From: a virus
Lineage: Duplodnaviria; Caudoviricetes
DNA length: 29,437 bases
Direction: 5' to 3' (one strand)
IMG/VR virus record: IMGVR_UViG_3300008085_000092
Location: 1 to 29,437 of that record
Shown: one piece after another, positions 15,701-23,580 of the stretch
How the letters are laid out: every line of letters begins with the position of its first letter
Numbering within the stretch: the stretch's first letter is position 1
The notes under the pieces: generated by a model
Told to the model about the DNA's origin: nothing
Databases searched by the model: none
The model's input: only the letters and a program-made list of their open reading frames with translations
Translations under genes and position numbers: made by a program

Positions 15701-16341
15701 GCCACGAATGAGCCATCGTCCACGAACCGGCCGAGCGGAAGCTTGCGCGGCACCGGATCATACCCGTCCTGGAAGCCGATCTCCACTTTCCCGGCCTTCG
15801 TTTCCTTGGTCCGCCACGGGATCGTCTTGCCTTCCAGCTTGGCGATCAGATCGAAGCCGAGATCACCCGGAAAGATGCGCTTCTGCCCGGCCGGGCTGCG
15901 CGTCTCCATTCGCCGCTCCAGATAGGCCAGCATGCCGCTTTCGATTTCCATCGACAACGTCGCCGGCTTGCCCGCCTGGAGCTCATCCGACAGGTTCCGG
16001 ATGCGTCCGCGCTCGTCCGCCAGCACATCGCCAACGTCTGGCCCGGCGCCCGCAGCCCAGGCGATCCGCCGCAGACGCACCTGACGACGCCGCCATTTCT
16101 GGTCAAGCAGATGGCCGATCGGGTCCGCATTGTTCGTCTGGCGCGAGCTGTCGAATTCAAGGTCGAATTTTTCCGACTTCAGGCCCGCCGTGCGCTTCAG
16201 GCTTTTCGGTGCGCGCCAGCGCTGGCCGAGACCGGTCCATGTCTCGCCGTCGAATACGACGCTGCCATGACCGCTCCACCAGCGCAGCGTCTCTGCATCG
16301 AGACTGATTTCAAGGAACCAGCGGACGATCCGGGACGCCAT
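12751..16341 (-). CDS. tail tip / host-specificity protein (J-like, 1196 aa)
   Basis: HRLQGVAYV, LLYDRRLDST.GG.G.QRWDDP.TW, RYEVNG tail-hub core; FN3-like segment; collagen-like repeats; J-type C-terminus GAKVYDAGGVVRVELG. Confidence 0.9.
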   Translation of the reverse strand: MASRIVRWFLEISLDAETLRWWSGHGSVVFDGETWTGLGQRWRAPKSLKRTAGLKSEKFDLEFDSSRQTNNADPIGHLLDQKWRRRQVRLRRIAWAAGAGPDVGDVLADERGRIRNLSDELQAGKPATLSMEIESGMLAYLERRMETRSPAGQKRIFPGDLGFDLIAKLEGKTIPWRTKETKAGKVEIGFQDGYDPVPRKLPLGRFVDDGSFVADFTNGQQKKYWQRVRAIADCRINKLDKIWVNGELVRDAPLVHGVRTLLRIKNDKGEDRCWATFYDGRPDQVADAYLVAAEPLWTVNHRLQGVAYVIMEHLWDDDISQSFDYRFGGEGALLYDRRLDSTAGGAGTQRWDDPGTWVYSANAKVAADHYRSGIRIMAGSSAMWFGVGEASDAVPYAEFAMLADHCDDNVDLKAGGTQKRYEVNGLLAADQSHEKNLQRLADQMAARVIDQGGRIAFRPPLVRTPVVTITDNDLVRGSKSRIDPGGRIDDMVNKIEGRFVNPAADWKRDDFPAVTVEAYVDDDNGEIADSLDLELETSSERAQRIAKLKIEDSRRILEQEESYKPEVARLLAPGEWFLRQSDLRGFPDGKMFIMEEADRQIDGSADVKASEVFPDELVWVKETATDLVDPPGVPVDGLSDLLVPTVVASAVQLISGSVEQPGIRLDVTLPADPVDLVADRVVMEYGVSDGGAPPAVSGAASVNFFEPDRAQVDFGGFLPLTAYLVRFRYVHGERAGAWSDFQGVTTGAGTGGAAGVDGADGSTVAQLMIYRRSALAPARPTGGSFDFDTLTMTPPASWSAVVPGGADPLYSSVAIASVSGAGGVDADIVWSAPGLMVQNGSDGAPGADGADGSAGKSVYTAIVFKRSASAPTVPSGGSFNFGTNVLTPPSGWALDVPTGLDPIYGARYVFSITGDTGSVTAGSWATPFRIAEDGAAGLDGAAGADGISTYQISVYRRASSAPSTPTGGSYNFGTQTLSPPSLWSGAVPSGPEAVWVSHALASIVGVTGTDSSLSWTAPVILAQNGATGATGATGATGATGAAGAAGAAGQRGAQLFFASGAAWSDTTANNAITASGYTKVLGDRVTIHSASPAFSQTRIWNGSAWEILSLVLDGALLVNGSVTAAALNVISLSAISANLGTVTAGAINIAGKFVVTAAGVVTIQSGASGERFVQTNTGAKVYDAGGVVRVELGLLT
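13187..14060 (-). repeat. three ~80-aa repeats with Gly-X-Y linkers plus a collagen-like run (GAT)5(GAA)3
   Basis: (Y/F)(R/K)R....P..P(T/S)GGS(F/Y)(D/N)F.T....PP..W occurs three times; coordinates approximate. Confidence 0.8.
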
Positions 16342-16952
16342 CAGCGCAGCACCTGCTCGGCCTCGAAACGGATATCCCAGTCATTGAAGCCCTCCTTGAC
16401 CTTTGGCTTTTTTGACAGCCGGAACTCACCGAGCGCATAGAACCGCTTCGGCGCGGGCGCGGCCGCATGCGGCGCCCAGGGGCGCGGCCAGACACTTACC
16501 GTGCAGGCGCCCGCACCATCGGCCACAGCCGGCGCCTGAACCTGCCCTGCCCAGTATCCGTTCGCTGCCGTCCGGTAGCCGATCATGTCGCCATAGTGGG
16601 CGGCGCGGCCGGCTCCATAGCCACCCAGCGTAAGCGTGCTGGCGGCCGGATTATAGGACGTTATGACAAGGCCGGTATCGTTCACGATCAACGGATCGCG
16701 CGGCCGCACACGAAGTGAACGCCAGATGGTGAAGCTGCTCTCGCTCAGGTTCCGCCGGGCAAGGAAACTGTCCCAATGGTCGAAATGCGCCCGGCTCAGC
16801 ACCGCCACCCGGACATCGATTGTCCAGAAGGGATCCGCAATTTCCATGATGTCCGCATCGCCATCATTTGAGAAGGTGGCCGTCTGGTTCTCATTGCGCT
16901 CCCAGGTCGCTTCGGTAATGCCGTAGCTGGGCGCCTGTTCTTCATCAAACAT
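16341..16952 (-). CDS. distal tail (Dit-like) protein
   Basis: 203-aa beta-rich gene directly after the tape measure; assignment mainly by synteny. Confidence 0.7.
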   Translation of the reverse strand: MFDEEQAPSYGITEATWERNENQTATFSNDGDADIMEIADPFWTIDVRVAVLSRAHFDHWDSFLARRNLSESSFTIWRSLRVRPRDPLIVNDTGLVITSYNPAASTLTLGGYGAGRAAHYGDMIGYRTAANGYWAGQVQAPAVADGAGACTVSVWPRPWAPHAAAPAPKRFYALGEFRLSKKPKVKEGFNDWDIRFEAEQVLR

Positions 16953-16955
16953 CGC

Positions 16956-19900
16956 CTATCTCCTGAAGATGCGTTTGCGCTCATGACGGGGCGTCGTGAC
17001 CGTCTGCTCACGGTATATTACCTGCTCGACCGTGCTGACCAATTCCCGGTTTTTTTGATCCAGCGCCTCCCGGAAGGCCGGCACTGCCTCCCGGTCAACC
17101 GGGCCATAGAAGTTCAGGCGCGACCCCGCCACATTGATCTGCCGCCCGCCGCCCGTCAGGAAGCTCGCAGCAGCGCCCAGCGGTTCGCTTGCGCGCGCCA
17201 CCTGCGCCTCGACATCCACGCCGGCGTTGATCAGCTTCAAGAGGTTCGCATTCTTGCGTGTGCCTTCCTCAGTGATGATGCTCTCACCCTTGGAGGCGCG
17301 AATGTTGATACTGTCGGATCGGCCTGTTCCCGGCCCCTGCAGGCCGATGACGCCATCCTTGAAGCCGGGCACTAACGACAACGCCTGCGAGAGCGCGTGA
17401 GTGGACGTCAACGCAGCTGCGGCCGGCGCCGCATTGGCCCCCAGCGTCGCCAGCGACGCTGCCGCAGCCGCCGGCGCCCACGCGGCAGCCGAAACCGCCG
17501 CCTGGGCGGTGGTCGCCGCGACAGCGGTTGCGCCCAGCGTCTGCCCCAGCGCAGCCTGCGCGACGAGTTGCACACCATATGCAACGAGCGCAGAGATCAG
17601 GTTTGACGCGATCGAGCGAGCCGCATTCTCCATGCTTTCAGAAAAGTCATCTCCGAATGCAATGGCCCGCCCGGCCGATTGGCCAATGGCTTCCTGCACC
17701 GCACCGCCGGGACCGAACGTGTCGGCAAACAGGATGCCGATATCGCCCGCACCCTTTTCGGTTTCCGCGCGCATGATGTCCCATTGTGCGCGGAAGCCCT
17801 CGCCGATTGTATCGGCCTCCTGCAGGGCCTCCTGCAGCCGGTCATCTGCCATCCGCGCACGGATGTCCTTGACCGTCTCCAGATGCGCCTCTTCGAGGGC
17901 GCGGAGTATATCGAATTTGCCTTCTTCGGCTGATATCTCCTTGTCGATCTTGGCGACGAGCGCCTGATACTCCACCTCGGCAAGAGATACATAATCTCCG
18001 AGCGCCGCCGCACGCGCTCCAAGCACCTGCTCGATAAGCTTCTGCTTGTCAGCCGCCTCCTTGTCATTGAAGGCTTTTATGTCGGCAACACGCTGTTCCT
18101 CGATCAGCGCGATCTTCTGCGCACGCGTCTCGGCGTCAACGACTTCAGTCTCGGCGGCGGCCTTGGCGGCCTTGGCACGGCGGTTGATAATGGCAACTTC
18201 ATTGCCTGCGGCGGCATCCCGCGCATCCATCAGGGCCGCGATACTTTCCTGTTCCTCGGCCGCCGCATCGGAAATCGCCTTGTCGCGCAGCTTCAGCGCC
18301 TTTTCCGCGAGCGCATCCTTTTCCGTCTGCGCCACACTGAGGCTGGCAATCTGCGACAATTCCTCTTTGTACGCCCGCTCTGCCAGTTCCCGCTTCGTGA
18401 GGAACGCATTTGCATAAGCGTCTTCAATGGACTTGATGGCCGCGAGCTCTTTCTTGTCCGGATCGGTGGTCCCGCCGCTTCGGCCGCCGCCAGCGGACGT
18501 GTCGGGCACAGTAGCGGCAGTCGGATTCGTGATTTCTTCCATGCGGGCGCGCGCTTCGGCAAGCTTCTCTTCGAGCGCCGTCGCGGCCGCATACTGATTC
18601 GATAGCCCGGCCTCTATGCCGACAAGTCCGCCATTTTGAAGACTGGGCGAGCTGCCGACGCGCTTCCTCGCATTTTCGGCTCGCGACTGGCGCCGCACCA
18701 ATTCGGCCTTTGCTTCGGCGAGCTTCGCTTCCGCGGCATCGAGCGTCGCCTTGGCCTCGTCACGCTTTGCAGCGGCGAGCGCGACGGCATCTTCTTTGGC
18801 GTCGCCGGTCGCCTTTGTCGCCAGAAGTTGCGCTTCCTCGTATGCGTCAAGCGCGGAAGTCACCTCGTCGACCGCGCCGCCATACTCGCCTAGCGCTGCC
18901 GTGCTTTTATCGGCATTGATCGCCAGGTACGCGAAGCCCGCCGCGAGCGCCGCAACGCCTATGATTATGCCAGCCGGCCCCATCATGGCGGCGGAGGCAG
19001 CCCGAAGAACCGCCATTGCCTTGGCAGCATTCGTCGCGCCCACGGCCACTGTGTTCAAGCTGGCTGCCACAGCGAGCGCGCCCTGCGCTCCGAAGAAGCC
19101 CGCCAGCGCCGCGCCGCCGATGATTATGCTGTCCGTCAGGCCATCGAGATTGTCGGCAAGGAAATCGATCGCAGCCGTCAGGGCGGCCGTGCCATCCTTG
19201 ACGCGCCCGTTCGTGCCGATGAACTCGGTCAGCTTGTTCTGCAGGCGCGTCACTGCCTCGGCCGGGCCCTGGTCGAGCGTCTTGAACTCGGTGCGCAGCT
19301 TGCCGATCTGGCTGATCAGCGCATCGAACAGCACGCCGCCGGAGACATCGCCATCCGCGATCATCTTGCGCAGCTTGGCGACACTGCCGCCCGCGCCGTC
19401 GACACCGTCCGCAAAGGCCTGCGCCAGGCGCGGCGTGCCTTCGATGATCGAGTTGAATTCCTGCAGCTGCACGCGAGGGCTGGCAATCGCCTGGCTGAGC
19501 TGCGTGAAGGCGCCCTGCACGGCCGCGCCGCCTGTATTGGCCAGGCGCGCGCCCTTGGCGGCGGCCTCGCCGAATATCAGGACATCCGCCCCGGACTTTC
19601 CGAGATCCCGCGCTGATCGCGCGGCAGCGCCCGTCAGGCCGCCGAGCTCAGACAGCGGCGCGCGGGCATCGCTGGCAATCTTGTTCAGCGCGCTCGCCGA
19701 TTGCTGCGCCGGGCCGAGCACATCGGTATATTGTTTCAGCGTGTTCGTGGTCGCCCGCCAGCTCGCCTCATATTCCAGCACTTCGCGCCCCGCCACGCCG
19801 ACGCCGATCGCGACGATGGCCCGGCGCACATTGCGCGACATCTGCTCGGCCCGCTTCTCGACATTCGTCAGGCGCTTTGAGCCGGTCTTTTCGATGCCCC

Positions 19901-20006
19901 CCATCGTCTTGTCGAAGGATTTCAGCAGCCGGTTCTGCTGGCCTTCGATGCGGCGGGTATTCAGGGACAGTTCGGCAATCAGTGCCTGGATATTGTCATC
20001 AGCCAT
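16956..20006 (-). CDS. tape measure protein (1016 aa)
   Basis: Ala-rich helical protein; QLSQAIAS...QEFNSIIEGTPRLAQAFA tape-measure domain; C-terminal GPGTGRSDSI..RASKGE motif. Confidence 0.92.
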   Translation of the reverse strand: MADDNIQALIAELSLNTRRIEGQQNRLLKSFDKTMGGIEKTGSKRLTNVEKRAEQMSRNVRRAIVAIGVGVAGREVLEYEASWRATTNTLKQYTDVLGPAQQSASALNKIASDARAPLSELGGLTGAAARSARDLGKSGADVLIFGEAAAKGARLANTGGAAVQGAFTQLSQAIASPRVQLQEFNSIIEGTPRLAQAFADGVDGAGGSVAKLRKMIADGDVSGGVLFDALISQIGKLRTEFKTLDQGPAEAVTRLQNKLTEFIGTNGRVKDGTAALTAAIDFLADNLDGLTDSIIIGGAALAGFFGAQGALAVAASLNTVAVGATNAAKAMAVLRAASAAMMGPAGIIIGVAALAAGFAYLAINADKSTAALGEYGGAVDEVTSALDAYEEAQLLATKATGDAKEDAVALAAAKRDEAKATLDAAEAKLAEAKAELVRRQSRAENARKRVGSSPSLQNGGLVGIEAGLSNQYAAATALEEKLAEARARMEEITNPTAATVPDTSAGGGRSGGTTDPDKKELAAIKSIEDAYANAFLTKRELAERAYKEELSQIASLSVAQTEKDALAEKALKLRDKAISDAAAEEQESIAALMDARDAAAGNEVAIINRRAKAAKAAAETEVVDAETRAQKIALIEEQRVADIKAFNDKEAADKQKLIEQVLGARAAALGDYVSLAEVEYQALVAKIDKEISAEEGKFDILRALEEAHLETVKDIRARMADDRLQEALQEADTIGEGFRAQWDIMRAETEKGAGDIGILFADTFGPGGAVQEAIGQSAGRAIAFGDDFSESMENAARSIASNLISALVAYGVQLVAQAALGQTLGATAVAATTAQAAVSAAAWAPAAAAASLATLGANAAPAAAALTSTHALSQALSLVPGFKDGVIGLQGPGTGRSDSINIRASKGESIITEEGTRKNANLLKLINAGVDVEAQVARASEPLGAAASFLTGGGRQINVAGSRLNFYGPVDREAVPAFREALDQKNRELVSTVEQVIYREQTVTTPRHERKRIFRR

Positions 20007-20552
20007 CAGCGTTGAACCATGCTATTGCATCCTCACGGGGCGGGGCCTCCACCGCCGGCCCTGTGGCCCCGTCAGGATTGTTGGCCGCGAGCCAGGCGTC
20101 GCGGAAGGCCACATATTCCCAGAATGTCAGCTCACTGATTTGCGAGGCGAATCCCATAATGAGCGCATTGCCCCATATCGCCGCGAAATCCATCCGGTCA
20201 GCCGGCTCAGCGGCTTTTTTCCCTCATCGGCCACCTTGCCGGAGACCGGGGCGTAGAGGCCGGACAGGAGCAGGGCCAGCGCGATCATGCGCTTCTCGGC
20301 AAAGGGAACAAAAACGGGCGCGTCGCCCGCGACGATCTGCTCTGCCAGGGCGAGATCCATCCCGCCCCCGCGCAGGCCGGCAATAAGCGCCATGTCGCTC
20401 CAGGACGGCAGGTCTTCTTCCGCTTCGAAGGCGCGCACCAGCGCGAGCGGATGCTTGCCGGTCCGCTCCTGCAGGAATTCAAGGGCCGGAATTGGCATCC
20501 GGCCCGTGAACGCCTGGCCGTCCAGCTCGAGGACAACCTCACCCTTGCGCAT
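19999..20552 (-). CDS. tail assembly chaperone GT (-1 frameshift product, ~184 aa)
   Basis: A -1 slip at GGGAAAAAAG joins ORF 20127-20552 to the frame of 19999-20193 (EGKK-AAEPADRMDFAAIW). Confidence 0.8.
20127..20552 (-). CDS. tail assembly chaperone G (141 aa)
   Basis: Between tail tube and tape measure; contains the slippery site. Confidence 0.85.
   Translation of the reverse strand: MRKGEVVLELDGQAFTGRMPIPALEFLQERTGKHPLALVRAFEAEEDLPSWSDMALIAGLRGGGMDLALAEQIVAGDAPVFVPFAEKRMIALALLLSGLYAPVSGKVADEGKKPLSRLTGWISRRYGAMRSLWDSPRKSVS
20214..20223 (-). other. programmed -1 frameshift slippery site
   Basis: Minus strand G GGA AAA AAG, in the correct codon phase. Confidence 0.8.
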
Positions 20553-21019
20553 CAGGCCGGCGCGCCGACCGTGAAGGGCAGCGAGCCCGTGATCGTGAAC
20601 GTGGTCGAGGCCGTGACAAGATCGGCATCGGCGGCGGTGAAGTCGAGCTGGGACGGGAAGCCCGCGCCTTGCCAGTAGCCGAGCACGGTCGTGCCATCGG
20701 CCGGGCTATAGACGACGATCCGCAGGTTGCGCGCTGCGCCGCCCTCTTCGATCCATTCATCGACTTCCGCAAAACTCGCCACCGAGAACTGCCCCTCGCC
20801 CGACAGCGTCGGCGGCGCGATGCTGGTCGGATAGGAAATGTCGGTTGTCAGGGCCAGGGGATCGGTGTCATCCGGCACGGGCGCCGTCGCGACATTGATC
20901 TGTTTCGAGATCGACTTGCTCGTGTTCAGCAGGCTGAGCTTGGTATAGGTGCCGGGCGTCACCTGGCTCTCGACGAGAATGGCGACGCGGCGGCCGATAT
21001 CGGTGGGTGGCTGGGCCAT
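20552..21019 (-). CDS. major tail (tube) protein
   Basis: 155-aa beta-rich protein after the terminator gene; strong GAAAGGAG SD. Confidence 0.85.
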   Translation of the reverse strand: MAQPPTDIGRRVAILVESQVTPGTYTKLSLLNTSKSISKQINVATAPVPDDTDPLALTTDISYPTSIAPPTLSGEGQFSVASFAEVDEWIEEGGAARNLRIVVYSPADGTTVLGYWQGAGFPSQLDFTAADADLVTASTTFTITGSLPFTVGAPA

Positions 21020-21091
21020 GGGCGCAGCTCCTTTCTGTTGGTTTTCAGGAATGCCCGGAAACGCCTCCGGGCGGGCTTATCGGACCAGGCG

Positions 21092-21529
21092 TCAGGCCGC
21101 CGGCTCGAATCTCATGTCGAAATCCAGCACGCCATGGCGCACATTCTCGGCCGGGTCGCGCATATAGCGCTCCAGCACGTTGAACCCGTAAACCAGCCGG
21201 AAGCCAGGCACCGCGAAACCATTGTTCGCGCCTTCCTCATCGGTCACGGTCAGCGCGTCCAGCACCGCCCCGCCGATCCGCTTCAACAGCAGCATGCCGG
21301 GCTCGCGCGTCCAGACATGCACGCGCGGCGTCACAATCCGTGCCCCCAGGGCCCGCCGGAATCCGTCTTCGCCCGTCTGCAGCACGGGCAGCACGGTCCG
21401 GTCATCGACGGCCGAGACAACGCGAACCGGGTTCGCCCCGAACGCCGCCGCTATCCCGGCATGCCCCGCCAGCCAGAGGCCGAGACTGTCCTGGAAGGCC
21501 TCCGCCAGCGCGCCGAATTCAGCTGCCAT
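21092..21529 (-). CDS. tail terminator / completion protein (DUF3168-like)
   Basis: PVLQTGED, RVHVWTRE, RHGVLDF motifs; synteny. Confidence 0.8.
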   Translation of the reverse strand: MAAEFGALAEAFQDSLGLWLAGHAGIAAAFGANPVRVVSAVDDRTVLPVLQTGEDGFRRALGARIVTPRVHVWTREPGMLLLKRIGGAVLDALTVTDEEGANNGFAVPGFRLVYGFNVLERYMRDPAENVRHGVLDFDMRFEPAA

Positions 21530-21923
21530 TCTTGAAATTCCTTACGATGGCCTTCTTTGCCGCCCGGCTGATGCGCGCTCGGAAGCGCGACCGCAGGCGG
21601 CGGACATGGAAGAAGAAGTGCGGCGAGCCGGAATGGCCGAGCCAGCCGAATTCCTGCCACGTCCCGTAAAAGCCCTTGCCGCCGGATCCGCGCTTGGCGC
21701 CCTCGACAACGCGCCAGGCCTGCCCGTTACTGCCCTCAACCTCATAGGCGTCCAGCGTCTCTTCAAGATCGCCGCGCGCCTGCGGCACATCTGGCCCGAT
21801 TGCCGCTTCCAGTTCGCGCGCATTGCGCTCAAGGACCGGCTTGAGATCATCCACGATGGCAGAGCCCAGCCGGGCGAGCTGGCGCTGGAAGCGCTCCCGG
21901 CCCTTGATGCGCACCTCGCCCAT
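21519..21923 (-). CDS. HK97 gp10-like neck protein
   Basis: IKGRERFQRQL, P...GDLEETL, FYGTWQEFG, PHFF; basic C-terminus. Confidence 0.85.
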   Translation of the reverse strand: MGEVRIKGRERFQRQLARLGSAIVDDLKPVLERNARELEAAIGPDVPQARGDLEETLDAYEVEGSNGQAWRVVEGAKRGSGGKGFYGTWQEFGWLGHSGSPHFFFHVRRLRSRFRARISRAAKKAIVRNFKNGS

Positions 21924-22165
21924 CAATCTGCGTCGCTGTCCGCATCAGGGCCGCCCGCGTCGGAAGTGTCTTCATCCAGCGGCGGCCAGGGCGTTGCCTT
22001 GCCGCTCGCCAGGGCCGCATCCGCCACCTGGACGGGCAGGCTCTGCGGCTCAGGGCCCGGAAAATAGTCGCGCATATGGCCGTGCCGCGTCGTGTCGGTC
22101 CATCTGGAGTGGAACACAACGTCCCGCGTCGCGGGCACGGCTTCAGGCACTGAAGAATCAGGCAT
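21923..22165 (-). CDS. small hypothetical neck-region protein (80 aa)
   Basis: GAAAGGA SD before ATG22165; overlaps both neighbours. Confidence 0.65.
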   Translation of the reverse strand: MPDSSVPEAVPATRDVVFHSRWTDTTRHGHMRDYFPGPEPQSLPVQVADAALASGKATPWPPLDEDTSDAGGPDADSDAD

Positions 22166-22541
22166 TGACGGTTTCCTTTCCGTATTCACACAGGAGATAG
22201 ATCCACCGGTCATGGCGCTCGGTATCGTCGACCTGCACCACATTGTAGCGCCGCCCGGTCCGGTCATTCAGCACGGTCCAGGATGTATCCACGCCCTCGA
22301 GCGCGATTTCGTAGCGCAGCACGATAACCACCCGGTCACCCGGCTGGCGTCCGCCGCCCGCATTCCGCTCCGCGCCGCCTGCCGGCAGGATCGCGGCGGG
22401 CCGCCGCTGCACCACAGGGTCCGGCGGCTCCATGTCCCTGACATATCCGTCCGCCAGCGGAACGGGCTTGAACAGGGAAACTCGCCGGTCAAGGGCAGCG
22501 GCCGTCTCGGTCCAGCCGGCAGGCTTCAGCATTGAAACCAT
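22158..22541 (-). CDS. head closure / head-tail adaptor (SPP1 gp16-like)
   Basis: LDRRVSL, IVLRY, GRRYNV..V, IYLLCE; synteny. Confidence 0.8.
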   Translation of the reverse strand: MVSMLKPAGWTETAAALDRRVSLFKPVPLADGYVRDMEPPDPVVQRRPAAILPAGGAERNAGGGRQPGDRVVIVLRYEIALEGVDTSWTVLNDRTGRRYNVVQVDDTERHDRWIYLLCEYGKETVNA

Positions 22542-22543
22542 GA

Positions 22544-23122
22544 TCAGACCCTCTGCAGGCGGTAGGGCGCCAGCAGCGCGCGCGCGCCCATCGGCAGCTC
22601 GGTCGGCCGCGTGCCGGTGATGACCGCCTCGCTATGCTTGTAATAATGGCCGACCAGCAGGTGCATGGCCTGCTTGACAGCTTCGGGCACGGAATCGGCT
22701 TCCGCGCCATAGCCTGCCTTGAAATGCGCCGTGACGGCATCGGCCCGCACCGCCAGCGCCGGATTGACCCCGTCCCCAAGCACCAGGAAGGCCCCATGAG
22801 AATCAAAGTCGGTCCGGTAATCACCGGGATCCATCAGCACCTCGGCGCCGCCATCGGCCGGCCAGTAGCGCACCCCCTCGATGGACTGGACATTGCCGAT
22901 CCCGAACCGGATACGGGACCATTTCGGGCCCCGAATGGCCCAGACCTGGTCGAGCAGGCAATTCCTGAGCACGCCCCACGGCCCGTCAAGATAGCTCGTC
23001 ACCGCCGCGATCAGGCTCGCCAGCAGGGCATGGTCATCATCATGCGCGATCCGCAGGTTCTGCATGACCGACTCGATCGACAGGACCTTGTTGGTCGGCG
23101 CCGTGACAAGAAGCGGGCGCAT
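22544..23122 (-). CDS. head-tail connector (HK97 gp6 / phiE125 gp8-like)
   Basis: LRIAHDDDHALLASLIAA...AGYG....VPEAVKQAMHLLVGHYY...ALLAPYR. Confidence 0.9.
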   Translation of the reverse strand: MRPLLVTAPTNKVLSIESVMQNLRIAHDDDHALLASLIAAVTSYLDGPWGVLRNCLLDQVWAIRGPKWSRIRFGIGNVQSIEGVRYWPADGGAEVLMDPGDYRTDFDSHGAFLVLGDGVNPALAVRADAVTAHFKAGYGAEADSVPEAVKQAMHLLVGHYYKHSEAVITGTRPTELPMGARALLAPYRLQRV

Positions 23123-23125
23123 GGA

Positions 23126-23482
23126 TCAGCCCAGCCCGGCGAGATTCGGCTCGCCGGACGGTTCGCCCTTAGTCTCGGCTTCCGTTTCCGTTTCAGTTTC
23201 CGTTTCGGTTTCCGTCTCGGCTTCCGTTTCGAGCAGCAGGGCCGTCTCGGCCTCTGGCTTGCCTTTGCTCCTGCCCGTCCGGCCCGTCTTGCCATCCGTG
23301 CCGCGCTGGCTGACCGATTGAGGCGGCACGGATTTGGGCGCCGCCCCTTCCGGATAATCCTTGTCGGCGCCGACGGCCTTTGCCGCCTTCTCCAGTTCGG
23401 GCGGCAGCACATCGCCCGGCCGGTAAGTCACCGGATAGATCTTGCCTTTCGGCACACCGCGAAACACCTGCTTGACTTTCAT
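23126..23482 (-). CDS. small post-capsid protein with an acidic (ET)n tail
   Basis: MKVKQVFRGVPKGKIYPVTYRPGDVLPPELE N-domain; ETEAETETETETETEAET encoded by degenerate 6-bp repeats. Confidence 0.7.
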   Translation of the reverse strand: MKVKQVFRGVPKGKIYPVTYRPGDVLPPELEKAAKAVGADKDYPEGAAPKSVPPQSVSQRGTDGKTGRTGRSKGKPEAETALLLETEAETETETETETETEAETKGEPSGEPNLAGLG

Positions 23483-23522
23483 TGCACCATTTTCCTTCTC
23501 TGTCCGGTTTTCAGTGGCTCTC

Positions 23523-23556
23523 AACAAAAGAGGGCGGGCCGCATGGCCCGCCCTCT
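23523..23556 (-). terminator. intrinsic terminator after the capsid gene
   Basis: Perfect 12-bp stem AGAGGGCGGGCC/GGCCCGCCCTCT, 4-nt loop, followed by TTTGTT on the minus strand. Confidence 0.85.
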
Positions 23557-23580
23557 AAATGTATCGCGTCAGTCTCCGCC

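Noticed and set aside
8226-16341. Diversity-generating retroelement or invertible fibre shufflon
   Set aside because: Despite Mtd_N-like domains and a recombinase, I saw no reverse transcriptase, no TR/VR pair and no inverted fibre cassettes; the recombinase is a large integrase type. A self dot-plot would confirm.
18751-20256. 501-aa plus-strand ORF (and similar ones such as 22634-23584 and 24927-26141)
   Set aside because: Antisense shadows of tape measure, connector and protease genes, with S/A/R-rich composition.
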